Positions 45,401 to 57,950 of a DNA stretch of 64,000 nucleotides are shown piece after piece. This DNA is from Mobula hypostoma (Eukaryota), in NCBI RefSeq assembly GCF_963921235.1, contig NC_086108.1, positions 12,214,001 to 12,278,000 on the forward strand. Reading direction: 5' to 3'. A program made the position numbers and the translations under genes. Within the stretch, counting starts at the first letter, position 1. Each line of letters opens with the position of its first letter. The notes under the pieces were generated by a model. The model was not told the DNA's origin. It did not search any database and worked only from the letters and a program-made list of their open reading frames with translations.

Positions 45401-45725
45401 GTACAAGTTTCCAGTTGAGGAAGATTTCCTTTGTATGATGTTCTTGATGTACAAGATTCCAACTGTATGATGTTCCTGATGTACTAGATCTGGTTGTACA
45501 AGATTTCAGCTGGTCATGATTCTAGCTATATGAGGTTCCAGTTGTACAAGACTGTATTTGTACAAGATTCCAGTTGGACAAGATTTCAGTTGTAGGAAGA
45601 TCCATTTGTATGAGGTTCTGGCTGTATGAACGTCTTGTTGTAGAAATTCCACTTGTATGAGAGTCCTGTTGTACTGGATTCCAGTTTTTGAGTTTCTAAT
45701 TGTAGAGAGGTCCTGTTGTACTGTA
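36439..45725. repeat. Degenerate 16-bp satellite, majority unit TTCCAGTTGTACAAGA, roughly 540 units
   Basis: 16-bp periodicity visible throughout. The many short ORFs translate as the 16-aa repeat FQLYKIPVVQDSSCTR (+) or LVQLESCTTGILYNWN (-). Interrupted at 42186-42786. Confidence 0.95.
42186..42786 (-). mobile_element. Penelope-like fragment (GIY-YIG C-terminus + pLTR) inserted in the satellite
   Basis: ORF 42300..42656(-) MSIHGLLYCHDEAKLRLEEQHLIYR. 8-bp TSD GAATGGGA (42178-42185, 42787-42794). Hammerhead relic at ~42241-42278. Confidence 0.9.
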
Positions 45726-47799
45726 CAATTTGGATGTGAAATGCACCTTTACAAACTGCTTCTTTGGTCAGAATACAACATTTCCAGGATGAGCATCTTC
45801 ATGAAGTCAAGAGGCATATTTGTATGGTGCTGATGGCATATTTGTATGGTGCTGATGATGTCTTGATGAAGGAATTCTGAGACAGTGGGCACACAGCCCA
45901 GGTATCTCTGCCCAGATCTGATGAAGCCATGCCCTACCTTGCTCTGAAGCTATGCCACCCATATGTACTTCACCACTCTGCCTGAGACTTCTGGGACACT
46001 TGACTATTTCACTATGGTGCCCTGAGCCTAGGGCTGCCAAATAAATGGACCATTTGATCGCAGAGAGAAAAATACTTCATCTTGTCACCTCCTGAAGCGA
46101 GGACCTGAGTGTAAATCATTCGCTGATACTTTGAAGTGAAACTTGTTTTGCAGAACATAGGCTAGTGTTTCTGCCCTGCTAGATATCTGAAGAGAATTTG
46201 GAAACATGGTCGTATTTTTTATATGTTGGGATGTGAATTTGACAGCTCAATGAACCCATGGCCAATGTATTAAACGGGCACGCTGAGCCTTTGATGTCGT
46301 TCCTCTTGCCGGATTCTCTCTATAAACGATACTTCATGGCAGTTTCAGCCTGGTTCCACTGCCCTTTTCTACACAATGTCAAACAATTCATTGAAAACAA
46401 AGAGTAGCAGCAGGATCAGGTCACCTAGCCCTTTGAGCAACTCAGGGAGATCATTACTGATCTCCAGTACCTCGGTGCTATTCCCCTGCATTCTCAGAAT
46501 CAGAATCAGTTTTAATACCAGCGGCATATGGCTTGAAATTTGTTAATATCGCAGCAGCAGTACAGACAAGTCTAAAAGGGTCATACAGTCTCTGTCTTCA
46601 GTAGGGAGAGTGGGACCCATCACTATTGAAGGAATCTGGGGATGCTCTGGTGCGCTTGTCTGAGAGTATCAAAGCAACGGAACCGAGACACTGTCAGAGA
46701 GGCAGTAGCACCCCAGCCGCAGGACTGTTCTGATGGAGTGTTGCACTGTCTCAGCAAGGGCTGTGAGAGATCAATTCTCTTGGGGTCATCCTTCTCCTAG
46801 AAAGGGAATCATGGAAGTAATACCTGACTGCTCCCACCCCACCCTACCCCACCCTCGCTGTGGCCAGGTCCACAGAGCTCCAGCCCTCTGAAGAGCATGT
46901 GAGGATCCCACAGAGGAGAGACATTCACCCAATCATCAGAAAGCACTAAGCTCACTCCAATCTCCAAATCAGATTTCAGGTTTGCCGGAGTAATTAAAGT
47001 TTAATTAAGTCTGTCTCCGTGCACGCCTGCTAAATACTATGAAATTTATTTAGGCATTAAGTATTAACGTTGTCTTCACTGGATAATTATAGCTTCCAGC
47101 AACATAATTGCTTTTAGGTTTGCCCTGCCAATGTTTACATGGGCTGAAGTACTGAAGAGCATAGGGCGCAGGAGAGCATGGGTGGTTGTGCGAGCACAGG
47201 GCAATGTCACGGTATGCACTGGCAGTATCGGAATCAAAGTGCAAAAGAAAGACGGACTCTGATGTAACCAGAGTTTATTCATTATATTTCCAAAAGAGCA
47301 TCGGTGGCTTGGCCGAGCAACACCAAGAAATGCAACATTCCATCAAAAACTAAGACCCCGCGACTGGCACAAATTAGGCATCTGCATAACTAATACAAAC
47401 AACCTGGAATCTAGGAGTGCTTCAAAATAAACATAACAAGCTTAAGCAGAAGGCATAGAGACTGCATCACAATGAGTGAGTTGCTGAGGGAAACAAAAGG
47501 AACTCTATACGACTAACGACTGCCAAAAACAAAAATTAACTAGTTCGGGGGATCTAAAAACTTCGGAGCCTAGTGCTCTCTGGCACCCAGAAACTCTTAA
47601 ACAACCCAATCCTCAGGGGACCCCAGGTCAGGCCCAATGTGGTTAGTCATTATGGCCACCAGTGAACAGGGAGTAAAGGGGGAGGCAGAACCCAACTACA
47701 CATGCCACATTGGTGGGATAGGAATGTCAGCTTCGAGTAGGTGTTTGCACTGTGTAAGTGTCAGGCTTTGCAAAGGGTAATAGTGGCTTTGACAGCCAC

Positions 47800-48270
47800 C
47801 CCATCTACCAGCAGAGGTGTGGGCACAGAGTGCACACACATCATCCTTCAACAGAGGTGTGGATACAGTCTGCACCCACACAAATCGCCAGCAGAGGTGT
47901 GGATACAGTCTGCTCCCACATTATTCACCAACAGAGGTGTGGATACAATCCGCATCAACATCATCCACAAACCCAGATGTGGATATAGTCTGTTCCCACA
48001 CTGTCCATCAATGGTGATGAGAATACAGTCTGTACCCACCCCATTTACCCACGGTGATGAGGAGACTCTACCCACCCCATTTACCCATGGTGATGAGGAG
48101 AATCTGTACCCAACCCATTCACCCACGGTGATGAGGATACTGTCTGTACCCAACCCATTTACCCACGGTGATGAGGAGAATCTGTACCCAACCCATTCAC
48201 CCACGGTGATGAGGATACTGTCTGTACCCAACCCATTTACCCACGGTGATGAGAAGACTCTGTACCCACC
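47800..48270. repeat. ~40-bp minisatellite changing to a 38+40-bp dimer
   Basis: gaggtgtgg at 47814, 47854, 47894 and 47934, then ggtgatga at 48013, 48053, 48089, 48127, 48167, 48205 and 48245. Confidence 0.88.
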
Positions 48271-48387
48271 CTTCAGACACAATATGAGGATTTCTTTTAA
48301 GTTTATGTGTGTGGAGACGTGAATGTGCCTTGAGGATAATTGCACCTTTTATTCAGGAATTCCTGAGTGAAGGGAAGCTGCTTTTCA

Positions 48388-49017
48388 CATTCAGTGGCCA
48401 CTTTGTGTACCTTATAATCTGGCCAAGCAGTGGACCTCAGTGTGGTTTTCTGCTGCTGTAGTCCATTTACTTCAACACTTTGCTCATCAGAGATGCTGTT
48501 CTGCACACCACTGTTGTAACACGTGATTATTTGAGTTACTGTTGCCTTCCTGTCAGACTGAACCAGCCTGGCCATTCTTCCCTGACCTCTCTCATCAGCA
48601 AGGCATTTCGCCCACAGAACTACCACTCATTGGATGTTTTTATTTTGTTTATCACAGCATCTCTACAAACTACAGCAGGGATTCTCAACCTTTTTTACAC
48701 CATGGACCCTCACTGAGGTGCCAGGGGACCCCAGGATAGCACAGCCTGCTCTAGGTGCTGTTGTGTGTGAAAATCCCAGGTGATCAGCAGTTTCTGAGAT
48801 ATTGAAACCACTCTGTCTGGCACCAACAAACATTCCATGGTCAAGGTCACTAAGATCGTATTTCTTTCTCATTCTGAAGTTTGGTCTGAACAACTGAACC
48901 TCTTGACCGTGCCTGCCTGCTTTTATGCATTGAGTTGTTGGCACATGATTGGCGGATTAGACATTTGCATTGAATAGCAGGTGTAACAGCTGTACCTAAT
49001 AAAGTGGCCACTGAGTG
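48388..49017 (-). mobile_element. Tc1/mariner DNA transposon deletion derivative
   Basis: TIRs cattcagtggccacttt and aaagtggccactgagtg followed by TA. Transposase N-terminal remnants MRKKYDLSDLDHGMFVGARQSGFNISETADHLGFSHTT and RMARLVQSDRKATVTQIITCYN. Confidence 0.85.
48676..48748. mobile_element. Short hAT-like MITE inside the Tc1 remnant
   Basis: cagggattctcaacct...gcctg followed by ctctag. Interrupts the transposase remnant. Confidence 0.5.
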
Positions 49018-49019
49018 TA

Positions 49020-49265
49020 CATGGGTGGCAGGGTGGGGATACATCTCTACCAAAGGAGGTGTAAGGTGCTCGTTCCCCTTGCTAGCCTGCAGATCACCCT
49101 TGAGCAAGGTGTAGCACCTGCTTTGTCACCCCCCGCCCGCCGATCAGAATCATGTGTAGCCAGGTGGTGGATGTTTGTATGGGCAGCTGGTGCATATCAC
49201 AAGTTCTGGTTATGCGACCACTGACTGCAGGCAGACGATCTCTGGAGAGTATTGATAATGGCACA
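49020..49265 (+). mobile_element. Probable SINE-like repeat
   Basis: Contains acccttgagcaaggtg, similar to the SINE core at 14025-14045. Family not established. Confidence 0.35.
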
Positions 49266-49849
49266 GGTAATACACCACAGCACATAATGAGTGAACAAAC
49301 TAAGTGTATATATACACAGACTGAAAGCGTGGCACTTTTCAGATACTTTGATATGTAAGTTGTTGGGCCTCGCCTGGTAGGAAATGTGTTTCAAACCTTG
49401 GTAACATTTCTATTATCACAGGATGAAAGGTTCAGGAATATTTTCAAGGCCCCAGTTACAATAAAATAGTCACAGCGTGGGAACAACACCACTGGGGCTG
49501 TGGTTTATTTAATCTGTAGTCTGCTTTGGAGAGGTAGCTGCGTGTACAGTCATTAACTGTGCTCCACAGACCCAGCTCGGTTCTCCGCATGACAGTGAAC
49601 GCAGGGTCCGTGAGGATGGGGAGGGGCAGCCAGTGTTAACAAGCAAAAAGAGTGAAGGTGAGCGGGCAATCAAGGGTTCTGCCCGAGGCCACTGCCTGCC
49701 CATCTTTCGGGATTACATCCGTGGGGCACAGGAGCATGCGATGGCGACGGGTACAATGGAGGAGTTCCAGGAAGAGTGGACAGCTCGGGGGACTGTAGTA
49801 ACTGCGTCTTAACTAGAAACAGTAAACAGTGATTTTTAAAAAATATACC

Positions 49850-50250
49850 TTCAGGATACAGTGCCCTCCTGGCCCTTTGATCCCCCGAATTAAGCTAGCC
49901 TAATCACAGGACAATTTTCACTGACCAACTAACTTACCAACTGGTACTTCTTTAGACTGTGGGAGGAAAGAGGCGGAGCCCGCACGATCACAGAAAGAAT
50001 GTACAAACTCCTTACAGGCGGGGGCAGGAATCCCACAAGCCACACCATCCAGCAATCTCCCAATTTAATGCTCGCCTCGTCACAGGACAATTTACGATGA
50101 CCAACAAATCTACCAACCGATGCGTCGTTGGAGTGTGGGAGGAGAGCGGGACACCTGGAGGAGACCGATGTGGTCACAGGGAGAACCTCCTCACAGACAA
50201 GAAATGAACCTGGGTGGCTGCCACAGTAAAGAGTTGTGCTAACCAGCACT
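49850..50250 (-). mobile_element. SINE fragments, two partial copies (V-SINE/HE1-like by inference)
   Basis: Duplicated cacaggacaattt(t/a)cactgacc/gatgacc...tgtgggagga..., followed by an opposite-strand tRNA-like head at 50256-50295. Confidence 0.55.
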
Positions 50251-50581
50251 GCGGAGTGGCGTGGCAGCGTAGTGGTTAGCACAACGCTTTGCAGTATGAA
50301 GCCATGCAGTATTGTTGTGATATTGTCATGATCTGAATAAACTTTGTGTCTATAAGGGTGATGGTGAGAAGGCTCATTGTGAGCTAGGATCCACTATAGG
50401 CTTCACTGACGTTCACAGACAGAGGGCAAACACTGGTTAGGAAAGTGTTCGATTGGCTGAGTGTGGGGACAGCAAAGTTGTGGCTGGGGGGTCTCAGCAG
50501 TGGATGAGCTGAGGTGGGGCACAGCCATACAGGTTTAGTGATGCAGATATATGTAGATCAAAACTCAGCCCAGAGCAAAAA

Positions 50582-51020
50582 ACCATAAGATATAGGAGCA
50601 GAATTAGGCCATTTGGCCCATCGAGTCTGCTCTGCCATTTCATCATGGCTGATCCATTTCTCTCTCAGCCCTAATTTCCTGCCTTCTCCCCGTATCCCTT
50701 CATGCCCTGACTAATCAAGAACCTATCAACCTCTGCCTTAAATATACACAATGACTTGGCCTCCACAATCACTTGGGGCAATAAATTCCACAGATAGACT
50801 ACCCTCTGGCTAAAGAAATTCCTCCTCATCTCCATTCTAAATGGGCAATTCTCTATTCTGAAGCTGTGTCCTCTGGACTTAAAGTCCCCCATCATAGGAA
50901 AGATGCTCTCCACATCCACCCTATCGAGACCTTTCAACATTCAGTAGCTTTCAACAAGGTGCTTGCTCATTCAGCGAGGACAGGCCCAGAGCTATCAAAC
51001 GCTCATATAATAAGCCTTTC
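50582..51020 (-). mobile_element. CR1 3' fragment
   Basis: ORF 50671..50940(-) MLKGLDRVDVE...RRNFFSQRVV. Confidence 0.88.
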
Positions 51021-51192
51021 GAACAGTGAATGAATCTGTAAGTAAACTAGGTTTGCCACAGTTGGGAAGAACAAATCAGGAGGATGAACAGATTTAGTTA
51101 AAAAGCATCCTTTCGCTGGCTGAGTCTGTCCAGTCAAACAACGATCCCTCCAATTGCCTCTGATGTATGATACAAGATCCAAACTAAGGATG

Positions 51193-51385
51193 GTGAGTGT
51201 GAGCAGGCACAGAGTGAACACACGAGTGTAAACACAGGTTGAGTGAACAGGGTTAGTGAATGTGGGGGTGGGCTGTGAGTGTGAGCAGGCACAGAGTGTG
51301 CACAGAAACAGAGCAGCCACACATTGAGTGTGAACACAGGATTAGTGAATGTGTGGGTGGGCTGTGAGTGTGAGCAGGGAACACA
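51193..51385. repeat. ~85-bp degenerate tandem repeat (gtgagtgtgagcaggcacagagtg...)
   Basis: Motif recurs at ~51193, ~51275 and ~51364. Confidence 0.65.
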
Positions 51386-51394
51386 AACTACAGT

Positions 51395-51695
51395 GTCTTC
51401 CAAAGCCTTCCCCATAAGTGGGTTTAGCCACAAAATGGTGGAGGTTTGAAATCAGAGTTTTCCTTTTCCTAGTTGAGAGGACAAGTCTGGTTCTAAGGTG
51501 CCAGTAACCCACTTTTGCCTCTTCTCCTGTCAGTAGAAATAGTTCCACCAGGTTTAGTAGCTAAGCCACACATGAAGGCCAGAAGCTGGACTTGGTTGTC
51601 AGAGGCTATTGAGGTGCATGCCATTGGGAGCATTTAATAGGTAGTGGGGGCTCATCCCTATTATCAACCCACCAGCTTTGACAAACTTAAGCAAC
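51395..51695 (-). mobile_element. Partial copy of the repeat at 21825-23685
   Basis: Reverse complement of ...ctactgacagaaaaaggtgc... and ...aggaaaactctgatctcaaacctcc... Confidence 0.65.
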
Positions 51696-53184
51696 TAATC
51701 GATCTAGGCCATTCAACAGTCAATAGGTTTCATTGAAATCCCAGACCCCCTGCTCCAGTAAAAAGATTGGCACAGTTGATTACCAGAAAATGAGAGGAAT
51801 CGAAAAATTAGTTGTTCAGGGCAGGAGCAAGTTCTGCCAGGTGGAGGAGAGTGCTGGCAGAGGTAAACTGGTTTCAGAAGGAGGCAGAAAGTTTTAAAAC
51901 TTTCTTGGTAGGGAATGGAGGTTTATAAAATCTGGACATCCATGCTGAGGACGAGGTGATGGAGGCCAGGGAATTGGAAGTTATCAAAATAGAGAAGGAC
52001 AAGTGACATTGTGTCCCAGGTGTTGGTGGGGAATGGACAAGGGGAGACAGGAGAACTGGCAAATTGGATCTACATACCTGAGATCCTGGCTGGGGCCTAA
52101 CGAGGTGATGTGGAAGTGGAGCTGGAATCTACAGGCAACAAGATGAGGATGAAGTACTGGGGAAGATTACGTGGTTGTAGGTGTGGAGTCTTAGTAAGAA
52201 TAAGATTGAAGAGGTGGAAACCATGGAGGGCAGGGTGGTGGGTGGGGGCTGGCAACAGTGAGGACCAGTCTCTGAGAGGAGGTAATATTTCAAAGCATGC
52301 ACTTTTATTATCAAAGAATGGGTAAGTTGTACACCTTGAGATTTGTCTGCTTTCACCCAGCCACAAAGCAAGAAACCTGAATAACCCAAATAATAAAAGA
52401 ACAAAAATGACTGTGCAGAGAGAGAGGAAGAAAAAAGCACACATTATGCAAACAATAGAAGCAAGCCAACAGAATTCCAAAACAGTCTGAGTCCCAGATC
52501 TGCTCTAAACATTTAAGTTCAGTCTAAACGTCAGGATCACTGCATTCACAGACTCAGTCTGAATGTCAGGATCAGGGAACTGGATCTTGGCGATGAGGTG
52601 AGAATGACTGCCCTTGACATCTGACTGAGTGTAGCATCGAGGAGAGTTGTCTAATATCTCTTGGATCTCCCAAAAGCCAAATCGTTAATTTTAATCTTGC
52701 TCCATCTGTTTGAATGCCCTTACTCCAGAGGGTGACCTCAGCCACTGTACACAGACATCAGGCTGGGAAACTCATCCCAATCCATCAAAATGTCTGTCCT
52801 TTCCTGAGTGCCTGACTGCAGGCTCTGGGACTGCATTGTGTATGGTCCCTTGGAGAGGATTATCATAAAGATGTATGAGTATTGATATCACCTCCACATA
52901 CTGATTTGAGGTTAGTGTTACCTCGGGACATGAGAGGACAGATAGCTATGGAAGGTATAGGCTGATCTCTCAGGGTGGCATTGCCCAGGGAAGTGATCAC
53001 AGTGCCACAGGGAAGGTTTATTTTGGGAAGGGCATCATTTAAATGCCATCACTGAGCTACAGAGTTGCATTTATCATCATGCTTTATCTCCTCTCACAGA
53101 AACATACAGGTACAGGCTGAAACAGCAAGCAAGAACTGCACTACAATCAGAATCTCCAACTGTGAGCCCTCCCTCAGCAATGAA

Positions 53185-53965
53185 TTCATAGAGACAGCAC
53201 AGAAACAGGCCATTCAGCCCATCTAGACCATGCTGAATCACTTAAACTGCCTACTCCCATTGATCTGTACTGGGACCATAGACCTCCAACCCCTATCATC
53301 CATGTACTTATCCATACTTTTGGTAAATGTTGAAATTGAGCCTGTATGCGCCACTTGCGCTAGCACCTCATTCCACACTCTCATCACTCTGAGTGAAGAA
53401 GTTTTCCCTCATGATCCCCTTAAACTTTTCACATTTCACCCTTAACCCATGACTTCTGGTTGTAATCCCACTCAACCTTAGTGGAAAATGCCTGCTTGTA
53501 TTTACCCTATCTATACCCTTCATAATTTTGTATACCTCCATCAAATCTTCCCTCATTCTCCTATGTTCTAAGGAATAAAGTCCTAACCTATTCAACCTTT
53601 CCTTATAACTCAGATCCTCGCGGTCTGCTATGTAGTCTCATTAACATGGTCATACATTTACTGTTACTCAGTTCCACCCATAATGCCTCACTAGACGAGT
53701 TCTCCAGTCCGACCTGACTGCACTGCCATAACATTTTCCCTGACAAGTAACACCACCCCTCCTCCTTTAATCCCTCCTGCAAGCAAGTCTAATGGCTACA
53801 ATATCATAATTCTATATGTTGATCCATGCCCTGAGCTCATCTGCCTTTCCTGTAATGCTTCTTGCAGTTCATGACATGAGTCGCACCATGCTCAAATTTT
53901 TGGTTCCTGACTTTGTCTGAGATCCTAACAATGTCTGTCTCCACGACCTCTCCACTAACTGTTCT
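53185..53965 (-). mobile_element. CR1 fragments (3' end at 53185-53620, endonuclease-region piece beyond)
   Basis: ORF 53368..53595(-) LGLYSLEHRRMREDLMEVYKIMKG. Confidence 0.75.
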
Positions 53966-54229
53966 TTCATGGACAACATTCATCTGCATGCTGGGGGTCA
54001 CTGGCAAAAAGGAACGTTACTGCACCAACCGTGTAAACACAGCAGCCATTACAACCTGTCTGAGGCTCTGAATCCTCTGGCGAATGACTCAACTGGTAAG
54101 TTAAAGGCTTTCCACTAACTACAAGGTATAGAAGTTAGCAGGATGACTGTAGTCCAACACTCTGGGAACTTTACCTGTTCAAAGTACAGGACATTTATTA
54201 TCAAAGCACGTATACATTTTACAACCTTA

Positions 54230-56088
54230 AAGTCATTAAGAAAGTAAAGCTAGAATACAAAATTAAGCTAGCCAATAATATTAAAGAGAATACCAAAACT
54301 TTCTTCAGATACTTAAGTGTAAAAGAGAGATGAGAGTGGATATCGACCACTTGGAAAATGATACTGGAGAGGTAGAAATGGGGGATAATGAAATGGCAGA
54401 TGAACTGAATAAGTATTTTGCATCAATCATCACTGTGGAAGACACCAGCAGTATGGTGGAAGTTCCATGTGTCAGGGGACATGAAGTTTGTGAAGCTGCT
54501 ATAGCTAGAGAAAAGGTTCTTAGGAAACTGAAAGATCTGAAGATGGATAAGTCGCTTGGACCAGGTGGAGCAACCCCAGGGTTCTGAAAGAGGTGGTTTA
54601 TTAGATTGTGAAGGCATTAGTATTGATCTTTCAAGAACCTCTAGATTCTAGAATGGTTCTAGAAGACTGGAAAATTACAATTGTCTCTCCATTCTTCACG
54701 AATGGAGAGAAGCAGAAGAAAGGAAACTATAGAGCAGTTAGTCTGAATTCAGTGGTTCGGAAGGTGTCAGAGTCAACTATTAAGGATGAGGTCTCAGGGT
54801 ACTTGGAGGTACATGATAAATTACACCATAGACAGCATGGTTTCCTCAAGGGAAAATCTTCCCTAACAATTCTGTTGGAATTCTGTGAAGAAATACCAAG
54901 CAGAATAATCAGTTGATGTTTTGTACTTGGATTTTCGGAAGGCCTTTGACAAGGTGCCACGAGACCATGATATTGCAGGAAATATTGCACGATATCTCAT
55001 GGATAAAGCAGTGGCTGATCGGCAGGAGGCAAATAATGGGAATGAAGGCAGTCTTTTCTAACCTGCTGCCAGTGACTAGTGGTGTTCCACAGGGCTCTGT
55101 GTTGGCACCAATTTTTTTATGTTATATGTCAATGATTTGGATGATGGAATTGATGGCTTTGTTGCAAAATTTGCTGATGATATGAGATAGGTGGAGGGGC
55201 AGGTAGTTTTGAGGAAGTAGCAGGGCTACAGAAGGACTTAGACAGATTAGGAGAATGGGCAAAGAAATGGCAGATGGAATACAGCGTCAGGAAGCATCGG
55301 ATCATGCGCTTTTGTAGAAGAAGTTAAAGGGTTTACAATTTTCTAGATTGAGTGAAAATACAAAAAGCTGAGACACAAATGGACTTTGGAGTCCTTGTGT
55401 AGGATTCCCTAAGAGTTAATTTGTGGGTTGAGTCTACGGTGAGGAATACAAATTCAACATTAGCATTCATTTCAAGAGGACTTGAATGTAAAAGTAAGGA
55501 TGTAATATTGAGACTTTATAAAGCACTGGTGTGGCCTCACTTGGAGTATTGTGGGCAGTTCTGGGCCCCTTATCTTAGAAAGGATGTGCTGAAACTGGAA
55601 AGAGTTCAAAGGATGTTCACAAAAATAATTCCAGGATTGAGTGGCTTGTCATATGAAAAGCATTTTGATGGGTCTGGGCCTGTACTCCTGGAATTCAAAA
55701 GAATGAGTGATGGCCTCATTGAAACCTACTGAATGGTGAAAGGCCTTGACAGAGTGGATGTGGAGAGGATGTTTCTGATGGTGGGAGAGTCTAAGACCAG
55801 AGGACTCAGCCTCAGAATAGAGGAGCCTCCTTTTAGAACAGAGATGAGGAGGAATTTCTTTAGCCTGAGAGCGATGAATGTGTGGAATTCTTTGCCACAG
55901 GCTGCTGTGGAGGCCAAGTCATTGGATATATTTAAGGCAGAGGTTGATAGGTTCTTGATTAGTCAGGGCATGAAGGAATATGCAGAGAATGCAGGAGATG
56001 GGGCTGAGAGGACAATTGGATCGGACATGATGAAATGGCGGAGCAGACTCAATGGCCAAATTGCCTAATTCTGCTCCTATATTTTATG
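54230..56088 (+). mobile_element. CR1 LINE, ~1.9-kb 3' portion
   Basis: ORFs 54330..54587, 54608..54916, 54913..55185 (VTSGVPQGSVL), 55421..55732 and 55733..56068. Similar to the CR1 at 30795-35770. Confidence 0.92.
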
Positions 56089-56822
56089 ACCTTGACATTT
56101 GTCTCCTTACAGGCAGCCATGAAACAAAGAAACCCAAAAGACCCGATGAAAAGGAAGACTGTCACACACCCAGAGAAAAAGAAACAAATTGGGCAAACAA
56201 TAAAAGTAAGCAAATAGCATTTAAAACAAAAGTGAGTCCTCAGACATGAGGCCCAGAGTAGCCAGAGCAGGCCCCCAGCCTCAGCCTCTGTTCAACACAG
56301 AGCACAGGAAACGTCATGGAGCAGTGACCCTCACCTCTGGTCACAACCCTCTGCCTTCTCAGTCATCTAGCCTGGTGTTTAAATTGTTCAAACGTGACCT
56401 CATCAATCACATGAACACTCTTCCTGCCTGAACCCTCTGTGTTCGACAGAGAACTCAATTTAGTCAACAGGAATTTGGGAAGTCTGCTAACTTCCCCTAT
56501 CCTAGTTACCATTGACCTTGGAGCTGGTTAAGCCTCTTCAGAGAGCAGTTAAGGGCCAATAACATTGTGCATCTGGAGCCACATATAGTTCATACCAGAG
56601 AAACATGGTAGATGTCATGTCCACATAAGAAAAAAGTGCAACCTGTCATTTGAACATGTCAGATCCTCAACCTCTTTCCTGTCTAAACACCTTCACTATA
56701 GGGTACTCCCATCATCACCATTTCTGAAATGTGTTGTTTCATTCTGAATTTATTTTGCTGAGTTTAAATTCCATAGTTACCAATATTACTGTTAGTTCAG
56801 TTTCTAAATCACTTGCCCATTG

Positions 56823-57208
56823 ATAGAAACATAGAAAACCTACAGCACAATACAGGGCCTTCAGTCCACAATGCTGTGCCAAATATGTACTTACTTTAGA
56901 AATTACCTAGGGTTACCCATAGCCCTCTATTTTTCTAAGCTCCATGTACCTACCCAGGAGTCTCTTAAAAGACCCTATCGTATCCACCTCCACCACCATT
57001 GCCGGCAGCCCATTCCACGCACTCACCACTCTCTGCATAAAACCTTACCCCTGACATCTCCTCTGTACCTACTTCCAAGCACCTTAAAACTGTGCCCTGC
57101 CATCATATTTGACCAACCAAAGTGAAACACCTCACACTTATCTGGGTTGAACCCCATTTGCCACTTTTCAGCCCAGTTTTGCATCCTCAGTTTTACAAAG
57201 TCAGAGGC
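56823..57208 (-). mobile_element. CR1 3' end with internal deletion
   Basis: atagaaacatagaaaacctacagcacaatacagg... is nearly identical to 2043-2320. Confidence 0.85.
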
Positions 57209-57354
57209 AAATTGCAACGTAGTCAAACTATATCTGACAATTAAATATTATTTCTGTCTGTAGCGAGTTCCCCAAAGTCTATAATAATTGTTCTCTTCTT
57301 AAGGCATGTCCTAAAGTACAGACATACAGCCATGAGGAACAGCTCTGATGACTG

Positions 57355-57440
57355 TGTCATTGATGAAGGATTACGGCCCGAACTGTCGACTGTCTAATCC
57401 CCTCCATTGATGCAGCCTGACCTGCGGAATTTCAATAGCA
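57355..57440 (+). mobile_element. Penelope pLTR fragment with hammerhead relic
   Basis: gtcattgatgaaggattacggcccgaactgtcgac...gatgcagcctgacctgcgga. Confidence 0.6.
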
Positions 57441-57449
57441 AAGAGTCCT

Positions 57450-57950
57450 AGAAAAGTATAGCACGGAATCAGGCCTTTTGGCCTATCTATTCCAAACTGA
57501 ACCATATAAACAGCCCAGTCCCATCAACCTGCCTCAGGACCATATACCTCCATACCATTCAGGTACCTATCCACATTTCTCTTAAATGTTGAAATCAAGC
57601 CCACATGCACCGCTTGCACTGGTAGCACATTCCACAGTCTCATGACCCTTGGAGTGAGGAAAATTTCCCTCATCTTCCCCTTAAACTTTTCATCTTTCAT
57701 CCTTAACCTATGTCCTCTCGTTGTCGACCCACCCAATCTCTGTAGAAAAAGTCTGCTTACCTTTACTCTATCTATACCCCTCATAATTTTGTATACCTCT
57801 ATCAAATTTCCCCTCAATCTTCTACATTCCAAGGAATACAGTCCTAACCTTGTAACTCAGGTCCTCCAGAGCCAGAAACATCCGTGTAAACTTTCTCTGT
57901 AGTCTTTCAACTTATTTACATCTTTTCTGCAAGTAGGTACCCAAAACATG
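57450..57950 (-). mobile_element. CR1 3' fragment
   Basis: ORF 57524..57832(-) RRLRGNLIEVYKIMRGIDRV. Confidence 0.8.

Noticed and set aside
36419..45454. Dozens of short repetitive ORFs on both strands
   Set aside because: They are translations of the 16-bp satellite, with frequent stops and no preferred frame or strand.
36439..45725. CRISPR-like repeat-spacer array
   Set aside because: Units are contiguous with no unique spacers, there are no cas genes, and the context is eukaryotic.
45813..45856. 22-bp tandem duplication ggcatatttgtatggtgctgat (similar small duplications at ~52520-52575, ~60330-60370, ~61110-61167)
   Set aside because: Two-copy local duplications typical of slippage or repair, with no further structure.
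47110..47216. Possible + strand exon (ttttag ... gtatgc)
   Set aside because: Unrecognised peptide, and the donor falls in a possible LTR end.
47741..48345. 193-aa and 165-aa repetitive ORFs
   Set aside because: Explained by the 40/78-bp minisatellite.
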